A program made the position numbers and the translations under genes. Shown piece after piece: positions 14,983 to 27,318 of a stretch of 64,000 nt of DNA (position 1 is the first letter of the stretch; each line of letters starts with the position of its first letter). This stretch comes from Octopus vulgaris (taxonomy: Eukaryota): NCBI GenBank assembly GCA_951406725.2, contig OX597834.1:21266001-21330000 (forward strand), given 5' to 3'. Below the pieces are notes generated by a model. That model was not told the origin of the DNA. It did no database searches and saw only the letters and a list, made by a program, of their open reading frames with translations.

Positions 14983-15140
14983 TTGATCAGAATTCCAATT
15001 TTGTCTTGGTCGCACCATTCTTCCCCATCTTGACCCAAATTTCTTGACCAAATCGTCCTCTCGTTGCCATGGAGGTCTTCCAAGTGGCCTTTCTGATTTT
15101 TTGGATACCACTTGGCAACTGCACCGGTCTACCAGACAAG
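14983..15140 (-). pseudogene. Decayed RTE-clade LINE ORF C-terminus
   Basis: The minus-strand translation ERPLGRPPWQREDDLVKKFGSRWGRMVRPRQNW matches the RTE C-terminal pattern RPxGRPxxRWxDD...GxxWxRxAxxRxxW. Confidence 0.7.
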
Positions 15141-15175
15141 GTTCACAGATATGCACATATGTAAACATACATGCA

Positions 15176-15379
15176 TACGAGGTGAAGGGGTAAAAGAAAA
15201 TACAAGAGGAATCAGTTGATTAAGATTTTATCCAACATATTCCCCCCCCCCAGATTCATATACTTATTGCAATCGTCCTTTGGACTTTCTAAGCCCTGTA
15301 AAATAATTCAGATGGTTGGGTCTCCAACCACACCTTTCAGGATTACCTTGAAGCCAAGAACTTTTAAACACCCCCTAGC
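15176..15379. mobile_element. Degenerate mariner-type MITE, same family as 33929-34131
   Basis: Shared internal sequence (gtaaaagaaaatacaagagg...caacatattcccc...ctaagccct) and TACGAGG-type termini. Confidence 0.65.
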
Positions 15380-15413
15380 ACATACATACATACACACACA
15401 CACACACGCACAA

Positions 15414-15458
<45 letters not shown>

Positions 15459-15539
15459 TATATATACACACATATATACACACATATCAAGTCATAAATG
15501 ACAGAAAAATAGTTTGATGAAATTTTATTTAACAATGAG

Positions 15540-15838
15540 AGAACCATCCGAATGTGGTCGTTGCCAGCACCACCCTGACTGGCCTCCGTGCCGGTGGCAC
15601 GTAAAAAGCACCATCCGATCGTGGCCATTTGCCAGCCTCGTCTGGTACCTGTGCCGGTGGCATGTAAAAAGCACCCACTACACTCACGGAGTGGTTGGCA
15701 TTAAGAAGGGCATCCAGCTGTAGAAACACTGCCAGATCAGACTGGGCCTGGTGCAGCCTTCTGGCTTCCCAGATCCCCAGTCGAACCGTCCAACCCATGC
15801 TAGCATGGAGAGCGGACGTTAAACGATGATGATGATGA
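15540..15838 (+). mobile_element. SINE-like family C copy with (GAT)n tail
   Basis: ...aaaagcacccactacactc...gaagggcatccagctgtagaaac...ggacgttaaacgatgatgatg; the same body occurs at 53160-53373 and 60800-61053. Confidence 0.85.
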
Positions 15839-16125
15839 CATTGCTTGACAAACAATGTTAGTGTGTTTATGTCTCTGTAACATAGTTGTTTAGCAAAAGA
15901 GACTGATAGAATAAGTACTAGGCTTACAAAGAATAAGACCTGGAGTTGGTTTGACTAAAAGCCCTTAAGGGGCTGCAGTCAAACGACTGAAACAAATAAA
16001 AGTGCAAGAAAATTCTAATATCATGACAAATTGTTTTGTAACTTAAAAGCATGTAAACAGTTTATATTATTATATTTAATAATAAGTACATTACTTATAT
16101 TCCTACGTTATATATCTACACACAC

Positions 16126-16442
16126 ATCATCATCATCATCGTTAAAAGTCTGTTTTCCATGCTAGCAATTGTTGGACGGTTCAACGGGGGTCTGGGAAGC
16201 CAGGAGGCTGCACCAGGCTCCAGTCTGATCTGGCAGTGTTTCTACAGCTGGATGCCCTTCCTAACACCAATCACTCCATGAGTGTAGTGGGTGATTTTTA
16301 CGTGCCAGCAGCACAGGGCCAGAGGAGGCTGGCAACGTCCATGATCGGTTGGTGCTTTTTATGTGCCGCTGGCATGGACGCTAGTCAAGGTGGCGCTGGC
16401 ATCGGCCACGTTCGGATGGTGTTTTTTACGTGCCACCAGCAT
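16126..16442 (-). mobile_element. SINE-like family C copy, inverted relative to 15540-15838
   Basis: catcatcatcgtt...ccatgctagc...ctacagctggatgcccttcc... Confidence 0.85.
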
Positions 16443-17662
16443 GGTTATACATGACAAACTTCCACACAGTTTCCATTCACTAAATTCACTTACAATGCAT
16501 TGGTCAGCTCAGGGCTGACCAATGTAAAGAATGCTAACCCAAGGTGTCCTGCAGTGGGACTGAACCTGAAACCACGTGGCTTATAAAACAAGCTTGTTAA
16601 CCACACAGCTACTCCAACACCTATTAACAAAATAATAAATTCTGAATAGAAAGAGAAAGTTTTGATAACGAAGCAAAGATTTCAGACATATCATTTCATC
16701 AGTTTCATGTTTCAAAGAGATTTAATTATAGATCAAACCCCCCCACTTTTTTTTTATTTAAAATATTGATAGAGAAAGATTTAATTATTCTCACCTTACA
16801 AATAATACTTCTGTGTGTGTGTGTCTTTCTCTCTCTCTCTCTCTCTCTCATTCCCATTCTCTCTCTCTCTCATTCCCATTCTCTCTCTCTCTCTTTCTGT
16901 TGCGCTTGTGTCTTGAACTTATCAAATTTACGTCCTTTTTTTATTGGCATCAGTTTCAATGAGTTTATTTACAGAAACAAGAAGGGAAAAAAAGGAGGAA
17001 GGAGATGGGGGTGAGGGAGTGGGGGGTGAAAAACAAGATATGAATAAGTTCTACATTTTACCGTATCTTTCTATAAATCTCCTTTCATTTTCTTCTTTCC
17101 TCTTTTCCTTCTTTTTTTTAACTTCTCTCTTTTAATTCGAATTCTTCTTCCACCTTCTTCTCCTCCTCCTCTTCTTCCTCCTCCTCCTCCTCCTCATTCT
17201 TCTTCTTCTCCTCTTCCTCCTCCTCCTTCTCTTCCTCCTCCTCCTCCTTCTTCTTCTACCTTCCTCTTTGCCTTCTTCTCCTGTCTTACTCTTCCACCTC
17301 TTGCTCTTTTTTCTTCTTTCTCCTTCTGTTCCTCTACTTCTTTTTCGCCCTTTTTTCTCCTCCTCCCTATTATGAAAATACATCAAATCCAACACACACA
17401 CACACACTCAAGCATACATTTTCACTCTCTCTCTCTCTCACATACTCACACACACACACACACACACACAAAGAACATACAATCAGAACAAGAAACATAT
17501 GCAAGTCAGAAGATTTTTAAAAAATGGGAGAGATTACTTAAGAAAAAGGAAGGAAAAAGGAAAAAAACTAATTTATTATAAAATAAGGCATTTCCCATCC
17601 ACCTCATCACCATCACCCAAAATTACATACATATATACATACATATACATACATACATATAC

Positions 17663-17705
<43 letters not shown>

Positions 17706-17872
17706 TGCATGTATGTATGTATATATATGCATGTATGTATGTATGTATATATAATGTACATCAAAGAAGTTTAATGAAATGGTATATAGTAAATAAATTG
17801 GATGATTCATTGATAGAGGTTATATAAAGTCAGAAGAGTTCCTGGAATAAAAATATAGGAACTTATCAGTGA

Positions 17873-17960
17873 TTATTACCTCTGCCTTAGCAAAGGTGGA
17901 GGTATTCTTTTCAGTCGTGTTTGTTTGTTTGTCCATGGACAAGATATCTCAAAAACTACA
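17873..17960 (+). mobile_element. Possible non-autonomous Helentron (HINE/DINE-1-like) end fragment
   Basis: Short palindrome tacctctgcc...ggtggaggta, then a (GTTT)n microsatellite and gatatctcaaaaactac, which is the typical HINE layout. Confidence 0.45.
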
Positions 17961-20310
17961 TACATATACACTTGTACATGCTCACATATATGCACGGTAG
18001 TCTCTTGTAGTCCAAAATTGACACTTGTACAACTGCCTGCTGAACAAGCTGCACAAATGATTTCTTTCTCAGGATCAAGCATATCTGCTCTCAAACCAAT
18101 GTTACCTGATCAGTGCATGGCGTCTTACCTGTCAGCTGTTGAAGGGATCACAAAACATCATGAGGTGAAGTGTTTTGCTGAAGAATACAACTCACCATCT
18201 GGTCCAGGAATAGAAACAGCAATCTCACAACCATAAATGCACCACCCTAACCACTAGGCCATGCATGCACACACACACACGTATGCTCAGATTCCATTTA
18301 CCAAATTCACTTTATAAACTGGTTGATGTTAGGAAGGATGTCCAGCCTAAAATCCATGCCACAACAGACGACTGGAGCCTGGTGCAGTCCTCTGGCTTGT
18401 CAGCTCCTGGCAAACCTTCCAACCCATGCCAGCATGGAAGACAGACGTTAAATGGTGAATATGATGATGACGATGATGATGATGATGACTTATGAGGCAT
18501 TTACCTGCCTGAGGCTACAGTGGGCTATACTAGAAGTCCGAGCAAGGTCATTTATAATTGCCCATCATACAGCAGACTTTAACTCAAGGCCTCGTGGTTT
18601 CAAAGCAAACGATGTTAACCACACAGTATTGCTTGTGTTTATACATGTAATTCATTTATAAAAGATTAGGCCATGAAAGAGTTAAATTATTGTTGAAACA
18701 CTCAACTGCTTTTGTATGTTATAAGATGATAAACGGAAGTAATTAAAGGATTACCATGTTTGAAAACTAAAATTATCTGTCATTTTCTTGTGTGTGCAAT
18801 GCAGCTTTCAAACAAATCGATTTTTTGTGCTCTTAATTAAAAAAAAAAAAACCCAACTCATCGATCATTTAACTGTTTCAAGAGATATGAAGCGTTTTAA
18901 GTTAAAAAATATTTGATGTCAAACTGTTAAAGATAGTTATAGTCGTATGACATGCAACTGTCATTTTAAAACATTCATATATCAATTTTACTGTTATCAT
19001 AATTTAATATTACAACCTTTTGTTAAGTTATATTTCAAATACCAACTTAACAAGGAAAGAGCTATTTTTCTACACTCTTTCAGATTTTTGATTATTTTTA
19101 AAACTTAAATGGAATATAGATAGTGTGTTTCAACATAAAAGGGAGCCACAAGTTAACCCTTTTCGTATGAAAAACCCCATCACTTTCCTGAAACCATTCT
19201 TTGTTCTATAATACAAATTCTCTATTTTAGAGTGATCTAAATTAAAATCTTGAATCGAAATTTCCTATTAATCTATGTTCCAAACACAAGTTCTTGATTG
19301 TTTTCAAAATTGATTGAAGCAAAGGCTGCTTAATTCAACCAAAACATAGCAATGAAACTGTTAAGCCTGACGTTGGGGCAAACAGCAGCAATAATACTTA
19401 TCACAGCTCAATTTCCAATTTAAATTTACCTGTTTAACCCTTTTGATATCATCCACTTGAAACCATTCCTGGTTCTATGATACAAACTTCCTGAAATTTC
19501 ATATTTAATATATCTTGCAGATACCAGTTAAATCATTGTCGTCGTCATCTTCTAGCATTCGTTGTCCATGCTGGCATGGGTTGGAAGGTTTCACCAGGAC
19601 TGGCAAGCTGGAAGGCTGCACCAGCTTCCAGTCTGATTCAGTAAGGTTCCTATGGCTGGATGCCCTTCCTAATGCCAACCACCCCGAGAATGTAATGGGT
19701 TCTTTTATGTGCCACCAGCACGGGTGCCATTTGTGTGACACAGGTATCTACCACGACTGTGACTTTACTTGGCTTGATAAGTCTTCTTCTCAAGCACAAC
19801 ATAATGTCAAAAGCCTCGGTCGTTGCCTCCATGAGGCCCAACACTCAAAAGGTGCTTTTTATGTGCCACTGCCACAGGTGTCATTATGTGACACCAGCAT
19901 CAGCCACAACTACGATTTCATTTGGTTTGATGGGTCTATCTCCACTTAAAAGTGAATGTTCTATTAGAACAAGTTATACTGCAGTTGTTACCATGGACAT
20001 CCATGTGGGGATAAATATCACCTCTCGATATTAATACTGCTTCTGTCACTAATGAATATTTTTAACAAGCTCCCCAAATAAATAATCCTTTCTACTATTG
20101 GCACAAGGCCTGGAATTTGTGGGGAGGAGGATAGTCAATTACATCGACCCCAGTACTTGACTGGTACTTAATTTGCCAACCCCAAAATGATGAAAGGCAA
20201 AGTTGGCCTTGGCAGAAGCTCCCCTGATAAATAATGACAAAATTATTTTACAAAATACCTCCTTTTCTTCAAATTTAATTGAAACAAACTGGATATATTC
20301 CAACAGAAAT

Positions 20311-20533
20311 ATAATCTTTTCTACTCTCAGTACAAGGTCCAAAATTTTTGGTGGGGCTGGGGAGCCAGTCGATTAGATCGATCCCCAGTATTTGACTAGT
20401 ACTAAATCTGTTGACCTCAAGAGGATGAAAGGCAAAGTTAACCTCTGCAGAATTTGAACTCAGAACGTAAAGACAGACAAAATACCGCTAAGCATTTTGC
20501 ACGGCATGCTAATGTTTCTGCCAGCTTGCCACC
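20311..20533 (-). mobile_element. SINE family B inserted into a piggyBac-like MITE, 13-bp TSD
   Basis: TTCCAACAGAAAT at 20298-20310 and 20534-20546. Confidence 0.85.
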
Positions 20534-20728
20534 TTCCAACAGAAATTAATGACAAAAGGGTTAAGTAGGAGTTGTTAAGAGGAGTCTTATCTGCTTTTTT
20601 CAGAATGGCAGACATTTCAACCACACCTTCTGGTTCCTCTGCCTGCCAGCTTATAAGCTTTTTAACTATTTTATATTCCAGCCGGTCTGAGACTATCCCT
20701 TGCTTCTGTGATACAATTTTATTGTTAT

Positions 20729-21105
20729 AGGCACAGGTGTGGTTGTGTTGTAAGAAGCTTGCTTCCCAACCACATGGTTCCAGGTTCAGTCCTACTGCAT
20801 GACATTTGGGCAAATGTCTTCTACTATAGCCTCGGATCAACCAAAGCCATGTGAGTGGATTTGGTAGACAGAAACTGAAACAAGCCCATCTTGTGTGTGT
20901 GTGTGTTTGTTCCACTGTCATTGCTTGACGAATGATGCTAGTCTATTTATGTCCCTATAACTTAGCAGTTTAGCAAAAGAGACTGATAAAAAAATTACTA
21001 AGCTTACAAAGAATAAGTCCTGGAGTCGATTTCTTCAACTAAAATGCTTTAAGGTGCTGCTCCAGTATGGCCACAATCAAATGACTGAAACAAGTAAAAG
21101 TAAAA
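20729..21105 (+). mobile_element. SINE family A copy splitting a piggyBac-like MITE
   Basis: Full head-to-tail match to 45873-46292; MITE sequence resumes at ~21108. Confidence 0.8.
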
Positions 21106-21323
21106 GAAAATGATCTAAATTTAAATCTTTCAACAAAATTCTATGTTAATTTATGTTAATTTATGTTTCAAACACCACATTGATAATGAGAAAGCTATCT
21201 TACTAAATTCTTCATTATTTCCAAAATAAATTGTTAAGAGAATCCTTCTCTGTCTTTTACAGAATGGCAAACATTTGAACTCGATCTCTTGACTTTTTAC
21301 CAGCCAAATTACACATTTCTTAA

Positions 21324-21549
21324 CCTTTTTCATACCAACCAATCTGGGGCTGCCCCTGGTTTTAGGATACAAATTTTCAACTCAAAGTGATCCAAGTTGC
21401 AAAACCTTCTGTCAAAAATTCTGTGTTAGTTTATTCTCCAAACACCAGCTTCTTAATGACAGAATTATTTTCCAATATTTCTTTGTTATTTTTGAAAATT
21501 TATTGAAACCAAGTCAATGAATTTCAACAGAATTTTGACAATAAAAGGA
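21324..21549. mobile_element. piggyBac-like MITE (~226 bp, degenerate)
   Basis: TTAA|CCTTTT...AAAAGGA|TTAA; the internal sequence is the reverse complement of 55884-56103. Related copies at ~19157-19360 and ~30320-30580. Confidence 0.7.
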
Positions 21550-22019
21550 TTAACTCAAACAGCGTTTATTTTCGTGTTTTCATAACGATCAGAAGATTTC
21601 TGTTGAATGTTTTGTTGCTTCTTCATCTTTAATGAAATAAATACAAAAAGCAAATTTGGTTGAGAGACGAAGGGAAGAACATCAACAACACCATCAAAAT
21701 TAATGTGTGGCCATGAAAGAGCTGAATTATTTTTGAAACATTCAACCACTTTGGTTAACACAAGACAATAAAAGGAAATGATTGATTGATTAAATAAGAT
21801 TTCAAAATTAAATTAGCTATGATTTTCAGCAATGCAAGTCAGTGTGTAATTTGGTGTGTTAAGAGAGATTTTAAATATGTCGATGCTTCTCATAATTATG
21901 ACAGTAACCTTACATCATTAAATCGTTCCACATGGTTAAACACAGGTATGGCTATGTGGATAAGAAGTTTGTCTCCCAACCACATGTTATCAAGTTCAGT
22001 CACACAGTATTCTACTATT

Positions 22020-22251
22020 GGCGGCGAGCTGGCAGAAACGTTAGCACGCCAGGCGAAGTGCGTAGCCGTACTTCGTCTGCCGTTACATTCTGAGCTCAAA
22101 TTTCGCCGAGGTTGACTTTGCCTTTCATCCTTTCGGGGGTCGATTAAATAAGTACCAGTTACGCACTGGGGTCGATACAATCGACTTAATCCGTTTGCCT
22201 ATCCTTGTTTGTCCTCTCTGTGTTTAGCCCCTTGTGGGTAGTAAAGAAATA
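22020..22251 (+). mobile_element. Full-length SINE family B (tRNA-like head, Meta-domain-like centre) nested in a family A copy
   Basis: Starts GGCGGCGAGCTGGCAGAAACG. The centre GTTGACTTTGCCTTTCATCCTTTCGGGGGTCGATTAAATAAGTACCAG resembles the MetaSINE domain (from memory). Direct repeat AGTATTCTACTATTG at 22006-22020 and 22252-22266. Confidence 0.85.
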
Positions 22252-24349
22252 AGTATTCTACTATTGCCACAGGCCAACCAAAACCTTGTAAGTCACTTGA
22301 TGTGGAAACTGAAAGAAGCCCAAAGTCTGTGTGTCCTTGCTTTGACATCACATCATAGTCGTGCATGAGTGCCACCGTTACACAAGCTGTGTTCTTCATT
22401 TCCAATGTTCCATTGAAACATGCCTGGCCATGCAGAAATATTGCTTTTGGAAGCAGTTTAGAGTGAATAACCGGAAGAGCATCCAGCCATAGAAAATCTG
22501 CCATGATTTCCATTTGATTCATGCAAGACACAGAAAACTGGATATTCAAAGGACAATAATGGCACTGACAAATTTAGATAACATCTCATCCAACAAAGTT
22601 AACTCTTTAGACACCAAATCTGTCTGAGACTGCTCTGCTTCTATAACAGAAAATTTAATTCTAAATTATTTGCGTTTTTAATTAAAAGTTTTTGTCATTT
22701 TAATTAAGAAACTTTTTGTCACAACAAAAAGTTGAAAAAGTTTGTTATTTTGCAAAATCCTTGCAAATGGTTGATTATTAAAAGTAAACATTAAATGAAA
22801 CATGAAAATTCATTAAATGAAACCTTTGTACAAGATGTTTTGTAGATTTATTTTTATTCATCAGAATAAATATTGGCTTCAAATTTTTGCAAAAGGCCAG
22901 CAATTTCTGGGGAAGTGGTAAGTTGATTACATCAACCCCAGTCTTCAACTGGTACTTATTTTATTGACCCTTTGAGGATGAGAGGCAAATTCAACCCGGG
23001 CAGAATTTGAACTCAGAACATGAAGACAGATAAAATGCTGCTAAGCATTTTACCTAGCATGCTAACAATTCTGCCAGCTTGCTGCCTTATTATAATAAAT
23101 ATTCTTTTCTACTCTAGGCACAAGGCCCAAAATTTTTTGGGAGGGGGCCAGTCAGTTAGATTGACCCCAATACACAGCTTAATTTATCGACCCCAAAAGG
23201 ACGAAAGGAAGGTTGACCTCAGTGTAAAACAGATGAAATACCACCAAGCATTTTCTCTGGCATGCTTATGTTTCTGCCAGCTCGCCGCCTTCTTCATCAG
23301 AATAAATATTAAGAACAAAAATTATTGTGAAATGAAGTTGAACACATCAACAGTGTATTTGCCATTAAGAAACATGTCCATTAAAAGTGTGACATTATTC
23401 CTCACCTGGGCCTCTATCAGTCAGTATTGACCTGTATATCTGCCTATTTATTTGCAGTCCTGGGCAAATTTTTTTTTGAGGAAGCCTGGTAGTTTCCCAT
23501 ACATACGAATTTCCTCTGTTTACTCCAAGGGTGTTTATCCAAGGAAAAGGCCAAACACATGGTCCATGCAGCTTGGCATCTGTGTCATCTCAGATGTTGC
23601 TGAGGGATTACAAAGAACCAGAGCAGGCATGACAAAACACATAACTGGACCTTTTAATAGTTCCATATATCCACTGCCCTGGTTTGGTACTTGTCCATCG
23701 ACTCCAAAAGAATAAACAGCAAAGTTGACTTCAGTAGGATTTGAACCCTTAGTGCTAATCCTCACAACAAACACCATAAGGTATTTTATCCAACACTCTA
23801 ACCACACTGCCTGTTATTAGCCAGCTACCTTAGCTACCTTCTAAAGTGTGTTTTTAATTAAAAATATTATCTGAAAAAGGGTTAAATTAATTGTTTTGAA
23901 ATCATATGATTGCTTGTGTGGCAGAATCACAGAAAAATCTCAAAAGGAATGAGGAAACGGTTAAAGAATCTGCAGAATTGAATTATCTGTGGCTTCCTAT
24001 TATATAATGCAATTTTTAAACAAGCTGATTTTTCTCTCTTAATTAACGAATCAGATTTTCAATGAAGTAATTGTTTTCGACATTATACGAAGGAATCGTC
24101 TAAAAGGAAACGAAACTGCTTCAAGTCACAGACCAGGATTCTTCATTCATCTTGCTACGAAGACAAATGTTCAGAGTAATCTGATTGTGTAAAACAAATC
24201 ATACCAATCAATGAAGCGAAATGACAAATAGAATTTGATTTCCTCATTTGATAAAATATTTCTATTACCATCATTATCTGCATCGCTGTTCTTGCCATTA
24301 CTCTTGTTGTGGTCATCAGTTTCTTCCCCCAGCCATCATTAACATCACT

Positions 24350-25097
24350 ATCATTGTCACTGCTTCATCACCACCTTCGTCACATCATTAACACTTTCAT
24401 TGTCATCATCATCATCATCATTATCATCATCATCATTGTTATCATCACCATCATCATCGCCATTATTGTTGTCATCATCTTCAGTGGCAACATTTTCATC
24501 ATCGTCATCGACATCACCATCATTAACACCATCATCACTATCGTCATCATCATCACTATAGTCATTATCATCACCATTACCATCATTGTCGTAGACTTCA
24601 CCATCATCATAATCTCGTTACCGTCCTTATCCCAATGATCCTTATCGTCATCTGCATCACCGTCACCGCCAGCATCTCTGTTGTCATCGTTATCTCCATT
24701 GCTATCTTTACCATTATTATTGTTATCGTTCTGATCATCTCTCACAATGTCATTGTGACCATCACCATCATTACACTCATCATCATCACCACCATCACCA
24801 TCATCATCATCTCTGTTGACAACATCATTACCTCAGCACTGTTATCCTGTTTGTTGTCCTTATCACCACAACACATCTTATCATCATCACCATCATCATC
24901 ATTGTCATCGTCATCATTATCATCACCATCATCATAATCGTCATCATCATTGTCATAATCATAATCATCATCATAGTCATCATCGTCATTGTCATCATCA
25001 TCATTATCATAGTCAACATCATCATTGTCGTCATCATCATAGTCATCATCGTCGTCATCATCATCATCATCATAGTCATCATCATCATCTTCATCAT
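24350..25097. repeat. Long degenerate (ATC)n low-complexity tract
   Basis: Direct reading. Confidence 0.95.
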
Positions 25098-25721
25098 GAG
25101 TGCTGTTTCTCAATTAAGTTACATACCATCCGCATCACTCTTTCAAGCTCGACCTTGATCCCTCTCACCCCATTCTTTGTATCTCCCCTCCAGCAAGAAA
25201 CCCATTCAGCCTCCTTCCTTCATACTTCTGTCTTTCGTTACCAAGCAATTTTGCGACACTTCTCTTTCCTTACAGTAGTCTCACCCAGTTGAAAAGGGAT
25301 CTTGGTTTCATTAGCTACATGGGGGGGGGGACCTCACTATTGCTGGTGCCACGCAAAAAGCACCCAGTACATGTCGTACAGTGGTTGGTATTAGGAAGGG
25401 CCCCCAGCTATGTAGAACCGATGCCAAGGCAGATATTAGGACATGTTACAGGCCTCCAAATTGTCAGATCATGTCAAGCTGTCCAACCCATGCCAACATA
25501 GAACGGGAACATTGAAAGATGATGATTGAGTATGTGTCTTCAAGCCATGCCAGCATGGAATGCAGATATTGGTTTCAGATTTAGGCCCAAGGCCAGCAAG
25601 TTCAGGGGAGGTGGGTAAGTCAATTACATCAACCCCAGTATTCAAAAGGTACTTATTTATTTCATCAACCCCCCAAAATTCAAACAGGAATTTGGCAGCG
25701 TCACCTCTAACTGAACAGTTA

Positions 25722-25768
25722 TTCTCTGCTGATGAAGAGAAATAACCCAGAAATCGTGATACACAGAT
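25722..25768 (+). ncRNA. Degenerate minimal type-I hammerhead ribozyme motif (Penelope-like)
   Basis: tctctg-CTGATGA-agagaaataaccca-GAAA-tcgtgaTA-cacaga: both core motifs present, short near-palindromic stem III, stem I 5/6 paired, stem II poorly paired. Confidence 0.4.
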
Positions 25769-26454
25769 ATTGTTTTGAGCTGAGTAGGGGGTGCTAGATT
25801 CCCTTATTCGGAAATATAAAGACACAGATTGTGTCGTATAGCCAGTTGGAGACAATGTCTCTTGGGGCTAAATTACAGCAACATTCGTCCTAAACCAGGG
25901 TTGCCATGTTATGTTGGCAAACGCACTTTACTACAAAGTACTGTTGCTGAATATCTCTCGTTGTGTGATTTAAAAATAGTAAATTTCTAAACCCCCAAAA
26001 GAATGAAAAACAAGGTTGACCTCAGCAGAATTTGAATGAAATTCCACTGAGCATTTTTCCCCAGCATGCTAACGATTCTGCCAGCGAGCCACCTTACCTA
26101 AAGGAAATATTAAAGTCTATAAATGTGTGTGTGTTTTAGGATGCATGGCTTAATGATTTGGGTGTTGCATGATTGTTGAGATCAGGGTTTCAATTCCTAG
26201 ACTGGTTGGTGTATTGTGCTCTTGAGCAAAACACTTCATTTTAAATTGCTCTGTGATCACTTTGACACATGATGTGTGGTACACCGTGACCATGTTCAGG
26301 TTACATCGATTTGATGGAGGGAGTGAGCTGATGCGTAGCACAAGCCTTCAATCACCAGAAACAAATCATTTGCGCAGGTCGTTTGGCAAAAGCTGACAGC
26401 TCAGACATAATTTTCAGTGGGAGAGTTCATCATGTGTGTGTGTGTGTGTGTGTG

Positions 26455-26577
26455 TGTTAAATAATATGAGACAACAAAGCCAAAGCTGTATGGAATTTAT
26501 AGGACATTTATAGGACATTTATAAATGTCCTATAATTTCCTCACAGCCATGGCTTTGTTGTCTCATTTTATTTAACA
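26455..26577. repeat. Spacerless imperfect palindrome, ~55-60 bp arms
   Basis: tgttaaataatatgagacaacaaagcc...ataggacattt|ataaatgtcctata...ggctttgttgtctcattttatttaaca. Confidence 0.85.
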
Positions 26578-26723
26578 TATACATGCTCACACAAGACCCA
26601 CATTAGACTCTTCACTCCTACTATTATCAAACTGAGAGTCTAACTATGGTCCTCCCATAGCACTTACATAGCCTTACCTGCCATCATGGGTCTTCTGGAT
26701 ACCAATACTTCTCATATATATAT

Positions 26724-26762
<39 letters not shown>

Positions 26763-26764
<2 letters not shown>

Positions 26765-26977
26765 ACGGGAAAGTTTACGAAAATAAACAAAAGACGAAGG
26801 TAGGTGGAGTACAAACAAACAAATGTATTATTATAGCGCTTAGGAATAGAAATAGAACAAGTCTTTTACGTCTCAAGCCTACGCTCTTCGACAGAAAGAT
26901 ACACAGAAAAAACACAAGGAGAGAGAAAAAATGCATGTAGGAGCTAACGATCTATCATATATATATATGTATATATA

Positions 26978-27010
<33 letters not shown>

Positions 27011-27106
27011 ACGGGAAGCTTTATGAAAATAAACAAAAGACGAAGGCAGGTGGAAAACAAACGAACAATTGTATTAGTATGGCGCCAGGAAATATAAATA
27101 AAACAA
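26763..27106 (-). mobile_element. Two partial tandem copies of a Penelope-like terminal repeat in (TA)n
   Basis: taacgggaa...gaaaataaacaaaagacgaagg(t/c)aggtgga occurs at ~26763 and ~27009. The first copy reads tcgaagagcgtaggcttgagacgt on the minus strand, resembling a decayed hammerhead core. Confidence 0.45.
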
Positions 27107-27279
27107 TATATATATATATATATATATATATCTGTAAAATAATATGTGACAATTATTCAATAGCCAAGATAAAACTCTGAGTTTCGGATGCCGAGGAGGA
27201 AATCCACAACACCATCTCTTCGGTTATCTGGCCATCTTATTGAGGTCTCTTTCTTTCTTTTGTTATCTTACTGTTTTTA

Positions 27280-27318
<39 letters not shown>

